This document shows, piece by piece, positions 9,746-17,821 of a stretch of DNA of 64,000 nucleotides. Source of the DNA: a virus. Location: positions 206,994 to 270,993 of the IMG/VR virus record IMGVR_UViG_3300045988_139374; one strand, given 5' to 3'. Position numbers and translations under genes: made by a program. Each line of letters begins with the position of its first letter. Within the stretch, counting starts at the first letter, position 1. The notes beneath the pieces were generated by a model, which ran no database searches, had not been told where the DNA came from, and saw only the letters and a program-made list of their open reading frames with translations.

Positions 9746-10120
9746 ATGGTAGAACATTTGCTAACTACAAATGAGTATCTTGAACCTAAAACTCTAAAAG
9801 GAGCAGATGCTTATGGAACATTGCTTTTTCGTCTATTAATTTTACAACCTGGAGAGAATCCATTACATCCTAGAATGGGTGTTGGATTAGGTCCAAAATA
9901 TAGATTTATTTCTGAAGACGATCTTGAAATGCTAAGATCTAGAATTCAAAATCAAATTGAGACTTATCTTCCTGGTGAATTTCTAACATTGGATGTAAAT
10001 CTGAACCTAAAAGAGAATAGTAAGTATTTGCAAATAATTATTATCACTGATGAAACAAAATTTGTATATGATACAGAGAGTAGTTCTACTCCTATAGAGT
10101 TGAGTGATCTTGTATCATAA
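9746..10120 (+). CDS. baseplate wedge protein, GPW/gp25-like
   Basis: The ATG at 9746 follows AAGGTGG, whereas the track ORF starts at GTG 9734. LQPGENPLHPRMGVGL fits the gp25/GPW family signature (from memory), and the gene sits in a tail context. Confidence 0.45.
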   Translation: MVEHLLTTNEYLEPKTLKGADAYGTLLFRLLILQPGENPLHPRMGVGLGPKYRFISEDDLEMLRSRIQNQIETYLPGEFLTLDVNLNLKENSKYLQIIIITDETKFVYDTESSSTPIELSDLVS

Positions 10121-10153
10121 CATTGAAATCTTTTAAAGAAGGAGAATCAACAA

Positions 10154-12100
10154 ATGAACGTAAACGATCTAAATCGTACAGATACTCAAAGAGTGGTAAT
10201 TTCTCAGCCTGGTGTATCTAATAATAATGCTACACAAAATATTAGTATTTCTGCTGTTAAGCCTGAAAACGCTCCTATTTCCATTAATGCAACCAATGGA
10301 GCTTCTGGAATTGAAGAAGATACTAATGGAAATCGACCCGTGATTAGAATTAATCCTAATCGTAGAAAGGGTCATCGCTCTGTTGGTGCTAATGAGACTA
10401 TTGAGACTGTGAATCCTGATGATTATATCCAGACTCAGACTAAGAAGGTAGATCCTAAGTTCTTCCAGGATAAGTATATGACTGAGCTAGATGCTGCAGT
10501 TGCTCGTAAGCAGCAGGAATATGTAGATGCTGTTGAAAGTATGAGCGCTCAAGATGCTGCTAATAGAGAAAAGGTTGAAGCAGGCCTAGAAGATGTCGGT
10601 GGCGAAATTCAGTATATGCCCGATCCTCTGCACCATCCTATGAGTGAAGATGAAAAGGTTAAGACTACTGCTCCTATTAATCCTAATCGTGGCATTGTTA
10701 CTGAAGATCTAGAAGATGAAGTTCTAGATAATGATGATGAGGAAGAAGAGATTTCTTCTCCTGTGAGAATTCAGGGTAGTGACTATCAGCCTATTAATGA
10801 TCCTTTCAATACTCCTGCACATCAGGCAGAGCCTACTTATGGTTCTGGACCTGAGTCTGATGAGGTAGATGAAGATATCGTTGATGATGAGCCTGTAGAA
10901 GAGGAAGAGATTATTCCTGAGGCTCATCCTTCTAAGGTTGAGGATCTTGACACTAAAGTTATTAGTGTTACTTCTGATGATCTAGAAGATATTGATGATT
11001 CTGACTTTGATGAAGAAGATGATGAAGATACAACTTACGATGATGATGAGGAGCAACAGAAGCTGTCTGAAGCTGCTGCTAATAATCTTCGTAATGATAT
11101 TATTACTAAGATTATTAATGCTGGCCGTAAGATGAATACTTCTCAGCTAGTTGTTTCTAATAAGGTCATTAATATTAAGGACGCTATGAAGAATATGAAG
11201 ACTACTACTGCTAAGACTGCAGTATGGCCTCTAATGTTTGCAAATCGTCCTTATATTGCATCTGCTCTTAAGGGTGCTGAGCTTGCTATGCTTAATGAGG
11301 ATAGTAATAATAATGGTATTATGACTGTGCCTCAGATGCAGATTCTCTTTGAGCACGATGTTAATCCAAATCGTCCTTCTACTGTTGAAGCTTGGGCTAA
11401 GACTATCCCTTATGCAGATTTGGACAATGTCTTTGCTGCACTATTTATGGCATCTCTTGACGGAGCTAATTTTATGCCTTGCAATTGCTCCAATGATAAG
11501 TGTCTGAATTCTTGGCTGTCTGATGATGTACCTATGGAGAAGCTCATGCACTTTACAGATGATGATACTAAGAAGAAGTTTGAAAAGATTAAGAAAATGG
11601 AACTAACTCCTGAAAACTCTGGAGCATATGAGTCCGTGGTTACTGTTATTAATAATAATCTAGCCGTTGGCGTTAAGATTCCTTCTCTGTATACAATTAT
11701 GTATGAAATTGGAGCTCTTGATGATGCATTCGTAAATAAGTATGAATCTATCATCAATATTACTCGCTTCATTGATCGTCTATATATGATTGATGAAAAT
11801 GGTAATATGTATCCCATTGGATGGAAAAAGTATCCTGGCGATCATGCTAAGTCTTTCAAGTCTAAGATTATCACTTATGCTAAGATTCTTAAGAATCTAG
11901 ATCCTGTTGAATTTGGCGTCGTATCTACTCTGATTATTACTATGATGAATAATATGCATGCCAATATTACTTATAGTATTCCTAAGTATACTTGTCCTAA
12001 GTGTGGCCATAGTAGCAACGAGGTTGAAGTGAGTCCTCGTAACCTACTTTTTTTGCGCCAGCAGTTGGTCCGTATAGCAACTTCTCTTGGAACAAAATAA
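10154..12100 (+). CDS. structural-module protein with acidic D/E-rich linker and C-terminal CPKCGH zinc-ribbon-like motif (zero-frame product)
   Basis: 648-codon ORF with a GAAGGAGA RBS. It carries a -1 slippery site 15 codons before its stop. Confidence 0.85.
   Translation: MNVNDLNRTDTQRVVISQPGVSNNNATQNISISAVKPENAPISINATNGASGIEEDTNGNRPVIRINPNRRKGHRSVGANETIETVNPDDYIQTQTKKVDPKFFQDKYMTELDAAVARKQQEYVDAVESMSAQDAANREKVEAGLEDVGGEIQYMPDPLHHPMSEDEKVKTTAPINPNRGIVTEDLEDEVLDNDDEEEEISSPVRIQGSDYQPINDPFNTPAHQAEPTYGSGPESDEVDEDIVDDEPVEEEEIIPEAHPSKVEDLDTKVISVTSDDLEDIDDSDFDEEDDEDTTYDDDEEQQKLSEAAANNLRNDIITKIINAGRKMNTSQLVVSNKVINIKDAMKNMKTTTAKTAVWPLMFANRPYIASALKGAELAMLNEDSNNNGIMTVPQMQILFEHDVNPNRPSTVEAWAKTIPYADLDNVFAALFMASLDGANFMPCNCSNDKCLNSWLSDDVPMEKLMHFTDDDTKKKFEKIKKMELTPENSGAYESVVTVINNNLAVGVKIPSLYTIMYEIGALDDAFVNKYESIINITRFIDRLYMIDENGNMYPIGWKKYPGDHAKSFKSKIITYAKILKNLDPVEFGVVSTLIITMMNNMHANITYSIPKYTCPKCGHSSNEVEVSPRNLLFLRQQLVRIATSLGTK
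12049..12055 (+). promoter_or_regulatory. candidate -1 programmed ribosomal frameshift heptamer T_TTT_TTG
   Basis: The zero-frame codons are ctT TTT TTG, which fits the X_XXY_YYZ pattern. The -1 frame opens at 12043 (after TAA 12040-12042) and stays open to 12279. Confidence 0.5.
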
Positions 12101-12279
12101 TTCTAGCACGACATTTTAAAGGTGCTACATCTATATCAGAACTGAATGATCTTCCTGTATATGAACTTCAAATGCTTAATTATATTTGTAATAAAGAAAG
12201 AGAAGAGGAAGCTAAACTTTCTGATAAAGAAAAAGGAGCTAGACAATTTGGTAGAATGATAGAAGACAATCTATCTTAA
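12055..12279 (+). CDS. -1 frame C-terminal extension of 10154-12100 (frameshift product)
   Basis: 74 sense codons plus stop in the -1 frame (APAVGPYSNFSWNKIILARHFKGATSISELNDLPVYELQMLNYICNKEREEEAKLSDKEKGARQFGRMIEDNLS). They fill an otherwise unannotated 190-nt gap and end just before the RBS of gene 12294. Confidence 0.5.
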   Translation, partial: APAVGPYSNFSWNKIILARHFKGATSISELNDLPVYELQMLNYICNKEREEEAKLSDKEKGARQFGRMIEDNLS

Positions 12280-12293
12280 AGGAGTAGCTTCTA

Positions 12294-12617
12294 ATGAATA
12301 TGCCTGATTTCATTGGACAGACATATCAAGCATCTGTTTATCCTATAGATGATATACTTAGATTCTTTGACCATTCTATGGCTATATATGACATCATTAA
12401 GAGCTATAATGTGACTGGTGTGTATGGTATCACAGATAACAACCATTATTCTCTTCAAATGCAAATTATGGCTGCTAATCCTGCCGATTTAGATAGTATG
12501 GTAAACTATATTAATTGTACTATTCATAATCGTAAGGATATGTATGGCAAAACATTTCAAGTAAATGCTCAATCTATAGGAACCTGTGCTAGTCTGTCTG
12601 TACAAGAGTGTCGCTAA
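12294..12617 (+). CDS. hypothetical protein
   Basis: 107-codon ORF with an AAAGGAG RBS and a downstream terminator. Confidence 0.8.
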   Translation: MNMPDFIGQTYQASVYPIDDILRFFDHSMAIYDIIKSYNVTGVYGITDNNHYSLQMQIMAANPADLDSMVNYINCTIHNRKDMYGKTFQVNAQSIGTCASLSVQECR

Positions 12618-12648
12618 ACTTCCAATTGCTTAGATATTATAAAAATGA

Positions 12649-12680
12649 GACCAATAGGAGAAATCCTATTGGTCTTTTAT
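12649..12680 (+). terminator. rho-independent terminator
   Basis: GACCAATAGGA pairs with TCCTATTGGTC, followed by TTTT. The hairpin resembles the one at 17339-17362. Confidence 0.8.
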
Positions 12681-12738
12681 TGTTTTATTACAATAAAAAC
12701 TGTACAATAACAAGTATAAAGAAAAGGAGTAGCAAAAT

Positions 12739-13794
12739 ATGGAAGACCAGATTAAGACTAATATCGGTAAAATCTTTACTAAGTATAATAAGGATACAGA
12801 TTCATTTGATATGATTCGTATTGTTCATACTGATAATGATAGTATTTTCTATAGAAAATTAAATGAAGATTATAATTTTGGGCAGAATAGAATTGAGTTT
12901 CTTAAGATTAACGAATTCAAAGAAACCTTTAAGGATTGGGATGTATTGTCTCCTGATGGTATTTTGTCTTTGACAAATGCTGTTGTTACAGAAACAGAAA
13001 ATGGATCTCCTATTAGAGATATCATCATGATGTTTTTCATTAGAGATAATACTACTCATACCTTTAATCCTCAGAAGCCTTGCGTAATTGCGCGTCAGGC
13101 TATCAATAATATTTATAAGATGGCATTTGATGACCATGCTGATGATGTAGGAGTTTCTGTTACTGAAGATTGTATGCCTCCTGAATATACATTTGCAGAT
13201 TTTACAGCTGCTGAAAAATGTATTAATTCTTATCTTACTTGTGTTTATAAAATTGACACTCCTAAAACTCTAGCAGCAATTCTTAATAATGAAACCACTA
13301 CTGATATTCTTCACACTCTTTATCAGAGTGCCATTGATTATGATAAGAATACTATCATTAATTTCAATAAGGCAATTGAAGACGATTGCTATAAAGGATA
13401 TTGTAATACTCTATCTGCATTCATTGGTAATTCTGGATTGATTATTGATATCTATTCTAAACTTGGAATCGTAAAGGTAGATTTCGAATTGAAATCTAAT
13501 GAACCTATCAATGATGAGAATAAAGTATTTCTTTCTATGCTTTATGGTGGAATTACTATTGTAAAAGCAATTCCTCTTAAGTTTGGATTTGATATTAATC
13601 TATCTTGTATTAAGATGAAATATATGCTGGTAATGGATTCTACCAGTACTCTTTGGATTGTTCCTTTTACTTCTACAAAGGATGAGTTTAGCCCTGTAGA
13701 ATTTTACAAAATTACTGCAGAGCAAACTAATAAAATACAGGAAAGATTGAAGAAGTGTATTGAGTCGTATGATGCCATTCAAAATAATACCTAA
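12739..13794 (+). CDS. hypothetical protein
   Basis: 351-codon ORF with an AAAAGGAG RBS. Confidence 0.85.
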   Translation: MEDQIKTNIGKIFTKYNKDTDSFDMIRIVHTDNDSIFYRKLNEDYNFGQNRIEFLKINEFKETFKDWDVLSPDGILSLTNAVVTETENGSPIRDIIMMFFIRDNTTHTFNPQKPCVIARQAINNIYKMAFDDHADDVGVSVTEDCMPPEYTFADFTAAEKCINSYLTCVYKIDTPKTLAAILNNETTTDILHTLYQSAIDYDKNTIINFNKAIEDDCYKGYCNTLSAFIGNSGLIIDIYSKLGIVKVDFELKSNEPINDENKVFLSMLYGGITIVKAIPLKFGFDINLSCIKMKYMLVMDSTSTLWIVPFTSTKDEFSPVEFYKITAEQTNKIQERLKKCIESYDAIQNNT

Positions 13795-13823
13795 AAATGG
13801 GATGTTAAAATTAAGAATGGCAA

Positions 13824-13866
13824 GATATTATAATAGTGATAGAAAGGTATGAAAATATCTTTTTAT
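13824..13866 (+). promoter_or_regulatory. conserved promoter (-10 GATATTATAATAGTGA) plus 5' hairpin
   Basis: Same architecture as the other copies. The stem is ATAGAAAG (13839-13846) / CTTTTTAT (13859-13866) with one G-U pair. Confidence 0.55.
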
Positions 13867-13926
13867 TGATAGCACCAAAGTACACGGTGTATCTAACAAT
13901 CTATTTTATTTTAGGAGGCATTTTCC

Positions 13927-14775
13927 ATGGAAAACAACATCAACAAAATCACTGGCGCTCACATCAATGACAAGCTCACTCTTAGTGAAAGCGGTGTCAA
14001 GAACATTGACAACGATTGCAATGTCAAGCGTGTCATGACCACTACGTATGAGCTTGGCCCTATCATCACCGATATCTTTAAGAAGACTTTCGCTGATTAT
14101 TGTGGCACCGTGATCGAGGTCGCAACTGTTAACAATGTTCAGACTGTTGTTAACGTCCGTATGGTCTTTAACATCTTTAAGCCCAATGAGTATCGCGATG
14201 ATGCTTATTATGCATTCAAGCCTGAAGGTGCTAACATCGCTAGCACTGGCAGCCTGGATAGCAAGACTATTGTTGAGAACATTGTTCGCAAGAGTTCTTC
14301 TGTTCAGCGTAGCACTCGTAGTATGTACAATGTTGACATCACTCAGGATGGCAAGGATGTTCTGTCCGACTTCCTGTACACCACTAATCAGGCTGTTGAA
14401 TGGGGTAAGCTGTTCAAAGCTTTTGATATTGCTGATTATTACAATCAGTATCGTGGTACTAAGGTTATCCTCAGTGGCATGGATATTACTAAGATCCTGA
14501 ACCAGATCTATAATACCCGTGATGATGAAGGTAATCAGATCGGTAAGCACAGCTATGCTGTTATTCCTCTGCGTCCTCTGGTTGATACCAATTCTCAGTT
14601 CAACTATCAGCAGGCTATGTATCAGCAGCAGTTCCCGATGATCCAGACTAACAATAGTCCTAAGGATAACTGGCTGATCGCTATCGATGAGTACGATGAG
14701 AAGAACATCGCTAAGGTCTTCAGAAATGTTTATCACATCCAGCCGCAGACCGACAACGATATTTGGTATCTGTAA
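13927..14775 (+). CDS. abundant-protein candidate (strongly biased C/G-ending codons), function unknown
   Basis: 282-codon ORF with a TAGGAGG RBS. Codon choice (atc, aac, aag, ctg, ggc) is unlike its neighbours, and the antisense 276-aa ORF is a shadow of this gene. Confidence 0.85.
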   Translation: MENNINKITGAHINDKLTLSESGVKNIDNDCNVKRVMTTTYELGPIITDIFKKTFADYCGTVIEVATVNNVQTVVNVRMVFNIFKPNEYRDDAYYAFKPEGANIASTGSLDSKTIVENIVRKSSSVQRSTRSMYNVDITQDGKDVLSDFLYTTNQAVEWGKLFKAFDIADYYNQYRGTKVILSGMDITKILNQIYNTRDDEGNQIGKHSYAVIPLRPLVDTNSQFNYQQAMYQQQFPMIQTNNSPKDNWLIAIDEYDEKNIAKVFRNVYHIQPQTDNDIWYL

Positions 14776-14809
14776 TTCTCAATTCTCTTAAGCAATAAAA
14801 TAGGTAAAG

Positions 14810-14850
14810 GGTCTGGGGAACTTAAGGTCTCCCCAGACCTTTTATTTTTT
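14810..14850 (+). terminator. rho-independent terminator
   Basis: GGTCTGGGGA pairs with TCCCCAGACC, followed by a T-run. Confidence 0.85.
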
Positions 14851-14878
14851 AAAGGATAAAAGAAAGAAGGAAATAATT

Positions 14879-15274
14879 ATGGCTTTCCGTAATAATGCAG
14901 AATTTAAATACTCTATTCGTGGCATCAATCGTATCGTTGATGAAAAGAATAATCAGTTTATTCGTCTTGCAGAGATTGCATGGGCTGGAGCAGATGAAGA
15001 GGTTGATCCTAGTAAGATTAAGCTTGACATTCGTAAATATACTACAGATGCAGATGGAAATGAGAGAATGCTTAAGGGTTGTAGTTTCTTGACAGAAGAT
15101 GGTCCTCATGAGCTTACTCATGCTCTTGTAGAAGAAGGATTCGGCAATACTGAAAAGATTCTTACTGCTATTAAGCAGCGTAGTGATTTTCCTGATGCTG
15201 TAAAGTCTTGCTATGGTGAGAAAGCAGCTGATGCTACAGATGATACATTTGATCTGCGTAATATCATTGATTAA
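14879..15274 (+). CDS. PC4/YdbC-like ssDNA-binding protein (tentative)
   Basis: 131 codons. The pattern AEIAWAGADEE...KLDIRKYT...MLKGCSFLTEDGPHEL resembles the YdbC/PC4 family pattern (SWNG..PKxDIRxW..GKGItL), recalled from memory. Confidence 0.45.
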   Translation: MAFRNNAEFKYSIRGINRIVDEKNNQFIRLAEIAWAGADEEVDPSKIKLDIRKYTTDADGNERMLKGCSFLTEDGPHELTHALVEEGFGNTEKILTAIKQRSDFPDAVKSCYGEKAADATDDTFDLRNIID

Positions 15275-15282
15275 ATAAATAC

Positions 15283-15313
15283 GGAGTAGAGAATAATATC
15301 TCTACTCCTTTTA
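15283..15313 (+). terminator. rho-independent terminator
   Basis: GGAGTAGAG (15283-15291) pairs with CTCTACTCC (15300-15308), followed by TTTT. Confidence 0.8.
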
Positions 15314-15315
15314 AT

Positions 15316-15687
15316 TTGGAGGATTATAAAATGGGATGCGTAAAAACTACTACGTATGAATCTGTAGAACAGGCTTTACTGACTACTGAAGTTAAATGGA
15401 ATCTTATTGAGAAGATTAAAGAAATTAGAAAAGAGAAAGATATTTCTCAAGACGAATTAGCAAAAAGAGTAGGAGTATCTCATGCTACTATTAGTAAAAT
15501 TGAATCTAGACATCAAGTAGGATTGGATACATTGATTCTAATTTATGAAGCTCTTGATCTCGATTTTGATTTGCTAAAAGAGACTAAAAAAGCTAAAGAG
15601 AAACTTGAACTTAAACTTCCATCAGATATGGAACATCGTCATACAGGAAAGTACAATCCAAATAGAAAGGAAGATATTAATGGTTGA
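15316..15687 (+). CDS. XRE-family helix-turn-helix regulator
   Basis: ISQDELAKRVGVSHATISKIESRHQVGLDTL is a typical Cro/C1 HTH. The likely true start is ATG 15331, after TGGAGGA. Confidence 0.75.
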   Translation: MEDYKMGCVKTTTYESVEQALLTTEVKWNLIEKIKEIRKEKDISQDELAKRVGVSHATISKIESRHQVGLDTLILIYEALDLDFDLLKETKKAKEKLELKLPSDMEHRHTGKYNPNRKEDING

Positions 15688-16756
15688 TGAAAAGTATACA
15701 CTTGAGCAATTGCTAACTGGACACTTTATAAAATATAATAGACTATCTGAATTGATTAGTGCATCGTATGCTGGATCCAATTGCACTAAAATTAATTTAT
15801 TTATAGATTTAAATTCTCTTGTAAAAGGTTTATATAGCATTGATGCTTGGGGATATAAATCTGTAAGTAGATATGAAATGACCGCCATTATTTTAAACAT
15901 GTGCGGGCATTATAGACAGTTCTTCAGAAACCTTGGAGTGTCTACCAATATCTATCTTATATATGGATTAAATTGTCCGAAGAGTAATGAAACTTATGTA
16001 TTCGGATATAATAATTCTTTTGTAAGATCGTTTCAGAAGAAGCCTTCTGTCACTAATCTTATTGATGATAATATGGCAGCATTAAGTATTATCACTCAGT
16101 ATCTTCCGAATATATTTTTCTTTAATGTAGGATTATGTGAAGTATCTTCTATGATTGCTCATATTCTCAGAAAGTCTAATGCTGTACAGAATGGATTTGA
16201 GAATATTGTAATTAGTAAAGATATTCTGATGCTTCAATTGGTACCAGAATATAATGTCAGAGTTCTTAGACCTATTAAGACTAAGAATGGTGATGAATCT
16301 ATCATTGTAGACAACAATAATCTTTGGCAGCAATTCTATGCTACCTATAGAAAATTGAAGTCTCCTCCTGATAGTATTCCTACTACTTTTATCTCTAATA
16401 TTCTAGCAATGACAAACGTAAGAGAAAGAAGTATTAGTACAATCTTTACTATTCCTAAAGCTATGAAATATATTAATATTGCTATAGCTAGTGGATTCCT
16501 AGAACCTAATAAGTTTTATACTCAAGCATCTATGAATACTGCATTGGAAATTATGGATGTAGCAGCATATAATCCAGTAGAATTTGATATGCGATATAAA
16601 GCAATATCTACTCAATTTCAATCTATGTATATTCTTCCAATTGAAAGACCTGATCTTGTAGATTATCAGTTAGTAAATTTGGAAGATGTACAAGGACTTC
16701 AGATGGTTATCTCTAAGTATTTATACAAAACTCCGATTGACTTAGACAGGTTGTGA
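15680..16756 (+). CDS. FEN/5'-3' exonuclease-like (PIN plus H3TH) protein, catalytic acidic residues apparently degenerate
   Basis: The ATG at 15680 overlaps the upstream stop (ATGGTTGA). NLFIDLNSL, IVISKDILMLQLV and ILAMTNVRERSI are colinear with FEN motifs, but the EADD-type motif reads CEVSS. Confidence 0.35.
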   Translation: MVDEKYTLEQLLTGHFIKYNRLSELISASYAGSNCTKINLFIDLNSLVKGLYSIDAWGYKSVSRYEMTAIILNMCGHYRQFFRNLGVSTNIYLIYGLNCPKSNETYVFGYNNSFVRSFQKKPSVTNLIDDNMAALSIITQYLPNIFFFNVGLCEVSSMIAHILRKSNAVQNGFENIVISKDILMLQLVPEYNVRVLRPIKTKNGDESIIVDNNNLWQQFYATYRKLKSPPDSIPTTFISNILAMTNVRERSISTIFTIPKAMKYINIAIASGFLEPNKFYTQASMNTALEIMDVAAYNPVEFDMRYKAISTQFQSMYILPIERPDLVDYQLVNLEDVQGLQMVISKYLYKTPIDLDRL

Positions 16757-16762
16757 TAATAA

Positions 16763-17005
16763 ATGAATTTTAAAGAAACTTATGATGACTATCAGGTTGG
16801 CAATCTAATTACCAAAACAAGAATTGAGGAAGGAATTCCTCAGAAAGAATTAGCAGAGCAATTGGGAATTGCAGCTTCTACAATTTCTAAGATCGAAAAT
16901 GGTCATAGAGATTGTAGAATTAAAGAGCTTAGAAAAATTGCCCATGCTCTTGGGAAAGAATTGAAAATTTCTTTTGTAGATCCTGAAGAGGAGAATGATA
17001 AATGA
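16763..17005 (+). CDS. XRE-family helix-turn-helix regulator
   Basis: IPQKELAEQLGIAASTISKIENGHRDCRIKEL is a canonical HTH_XRE motif. The ORF is 80 codons. Confidence 0.8.
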   Translation: MNFKETYDDYQVGNLITKTRIEEGIPQKELAEQLGIAASTISKIENGHRDCRIKELRKIAHALGKELKISFVDPEEENDK

Positions 17006-17328
17006 AATTAATTACAACCGATATTGCAATTGAAGCTGTAGTAAGATTCATGAAAAGAAATTATCATAAATTCTCCAGATTAGAGATTTTATTTGTAGAG
17101 CTCTATAAAGAGCATGTTGTAATTGTAGCTTCTGTAAAACATAGTAAGGATAATCTTAAATACTATGTGTTTGAATATGTGATGTGTCAATGTACCGAGC
17201 TTCCTGTAAATCTTCTACAGTTTGCAATTGCTAATAATAATGCATTGCAATACCATACAATTGGATTTTCTACTGAAGAAGATGCAAGAGAAACTGCTGA
17301 ACAGATTATTCAAAAGCTAAAAGAATAA
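17002..17328 (+). CDS. hypothetical protein translationally coupled to the XRE gene
   Basis: ATGA start/stop overlap with 16763-17005. 108 codons. Confidence 0.75.
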   Translation: MKLITTDIAIEAVVRFMKRNYHKFSRLEILFVELYKEHVVIVASVKHSKDNLKYYVFEYVMCQCTELPVNLLQFAIANNNALQYHTIGFSTEEDARETAEQIIQKLKE

Positions 17329-17338
17329 TAAATAAAAG

Positions 17339-17374
17339 GCCAATAGGAGTAATCCTATTGGCTTTATTTTTTTT
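17339..17374 (+). terminator. rho-independent terminator
   Basis: GCCAATAGGA pairs with TCCTATTGGC, followed by a long T-run. Confidence 0.8.
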
Positions 17375-17438
17375 AATTATTCAAAATTTCACTTGTATAG
17401 TATAAAATTGAAATAGAAGGTTAGATAATACCTTTTAT
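17371..17438 (+). promoter_or_regulatory. conserved promoter block TTTTAATTATTC..TTTCACTTGTATAGTATAAAATTGA plus 5' hairpin
   Basis: Differs by 4 mismatches from the 37-nt block at 21293, 35055 and 63963. The stem is ATAGAAGGT (17413-17421) / ACCTTTTAT (17430-17438). Confidence 0.6.
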
Positions 17439-17483
17439 TGGTGTATTAACAAAATATAATTGACATATGTGGAGGTAAATACT

Positions 17484-17792
17484 ATGTCGTTCAATAAGAA
17501 GCATTTCGAAACTCGTAAAGCTGCTAAAATTGAAGAGGCAGTCGAATTTGATGGTTTCATGCCTTGGAGTCCTGAAAATGGTCTCATGCCTTGGGGATCT
17601 AAAGTTACTGAGGAGAACAACGATGATACTGATGATGGTCTCATGCCTTGGGATCCTGAAAATGGTTGTCATCTTGAAAATGAAGTTACCGAGACCAGCA
17701 ACGATGATACTGATGATGGTCTCATGCCTTGGGGAACTCCTGCTCAGCGTGAAGCAGCTGAGCAAGCACTTGTCCGTCATTTCACCTACTAA
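17484..17792 (+). CDS. small acidic protein with four (F/L)MPW repeats
   Basis: The ATG at 17484 follows GGAGGT. The protein contains FMPWSPENGLMPWGS...DDTDDGLMPWDPENG...DDTDDGLMPWGTP, and the repeat is also visible at nucleotide level. Confidence 0.8.
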   Translation: MSFNKKHFETRKAAKIEEAVEFDGFMPWSPENGLMPWGSKVTEENNDDTDDGLMPWDPENGCHLENEVTETSNDDTDDGLMPWGTPAQREAAEQALVRHFTY

Positions 17793-17821
17793 TTAAAAAA
17801 AGAATAAAAGGAGATATAATT

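Noticed and set aside
12101-12293. An independent small gene in the 12101-12293 gap
   Set aside because: The only long open frame has no start codon or SD at its head. It is continuous with the -1 frame of the upstream gene from the slippery site, so the frameshift-extension reading is preferred.
13906-14736. Long antisense or overlapping ORFs (13906-14736, 41263-42210, 17421-18235 set, 40525-40842, 14135-14500, 4213-4632, 4933-5391, 48454-48981 and others)
   Set aside because: They lie opposite or out of frame to better-supported genes that have an RBS and a terminator. They arise where G+C-rich codon bias or low-complexity coding removes stops, and they have no RBS and odd composition.
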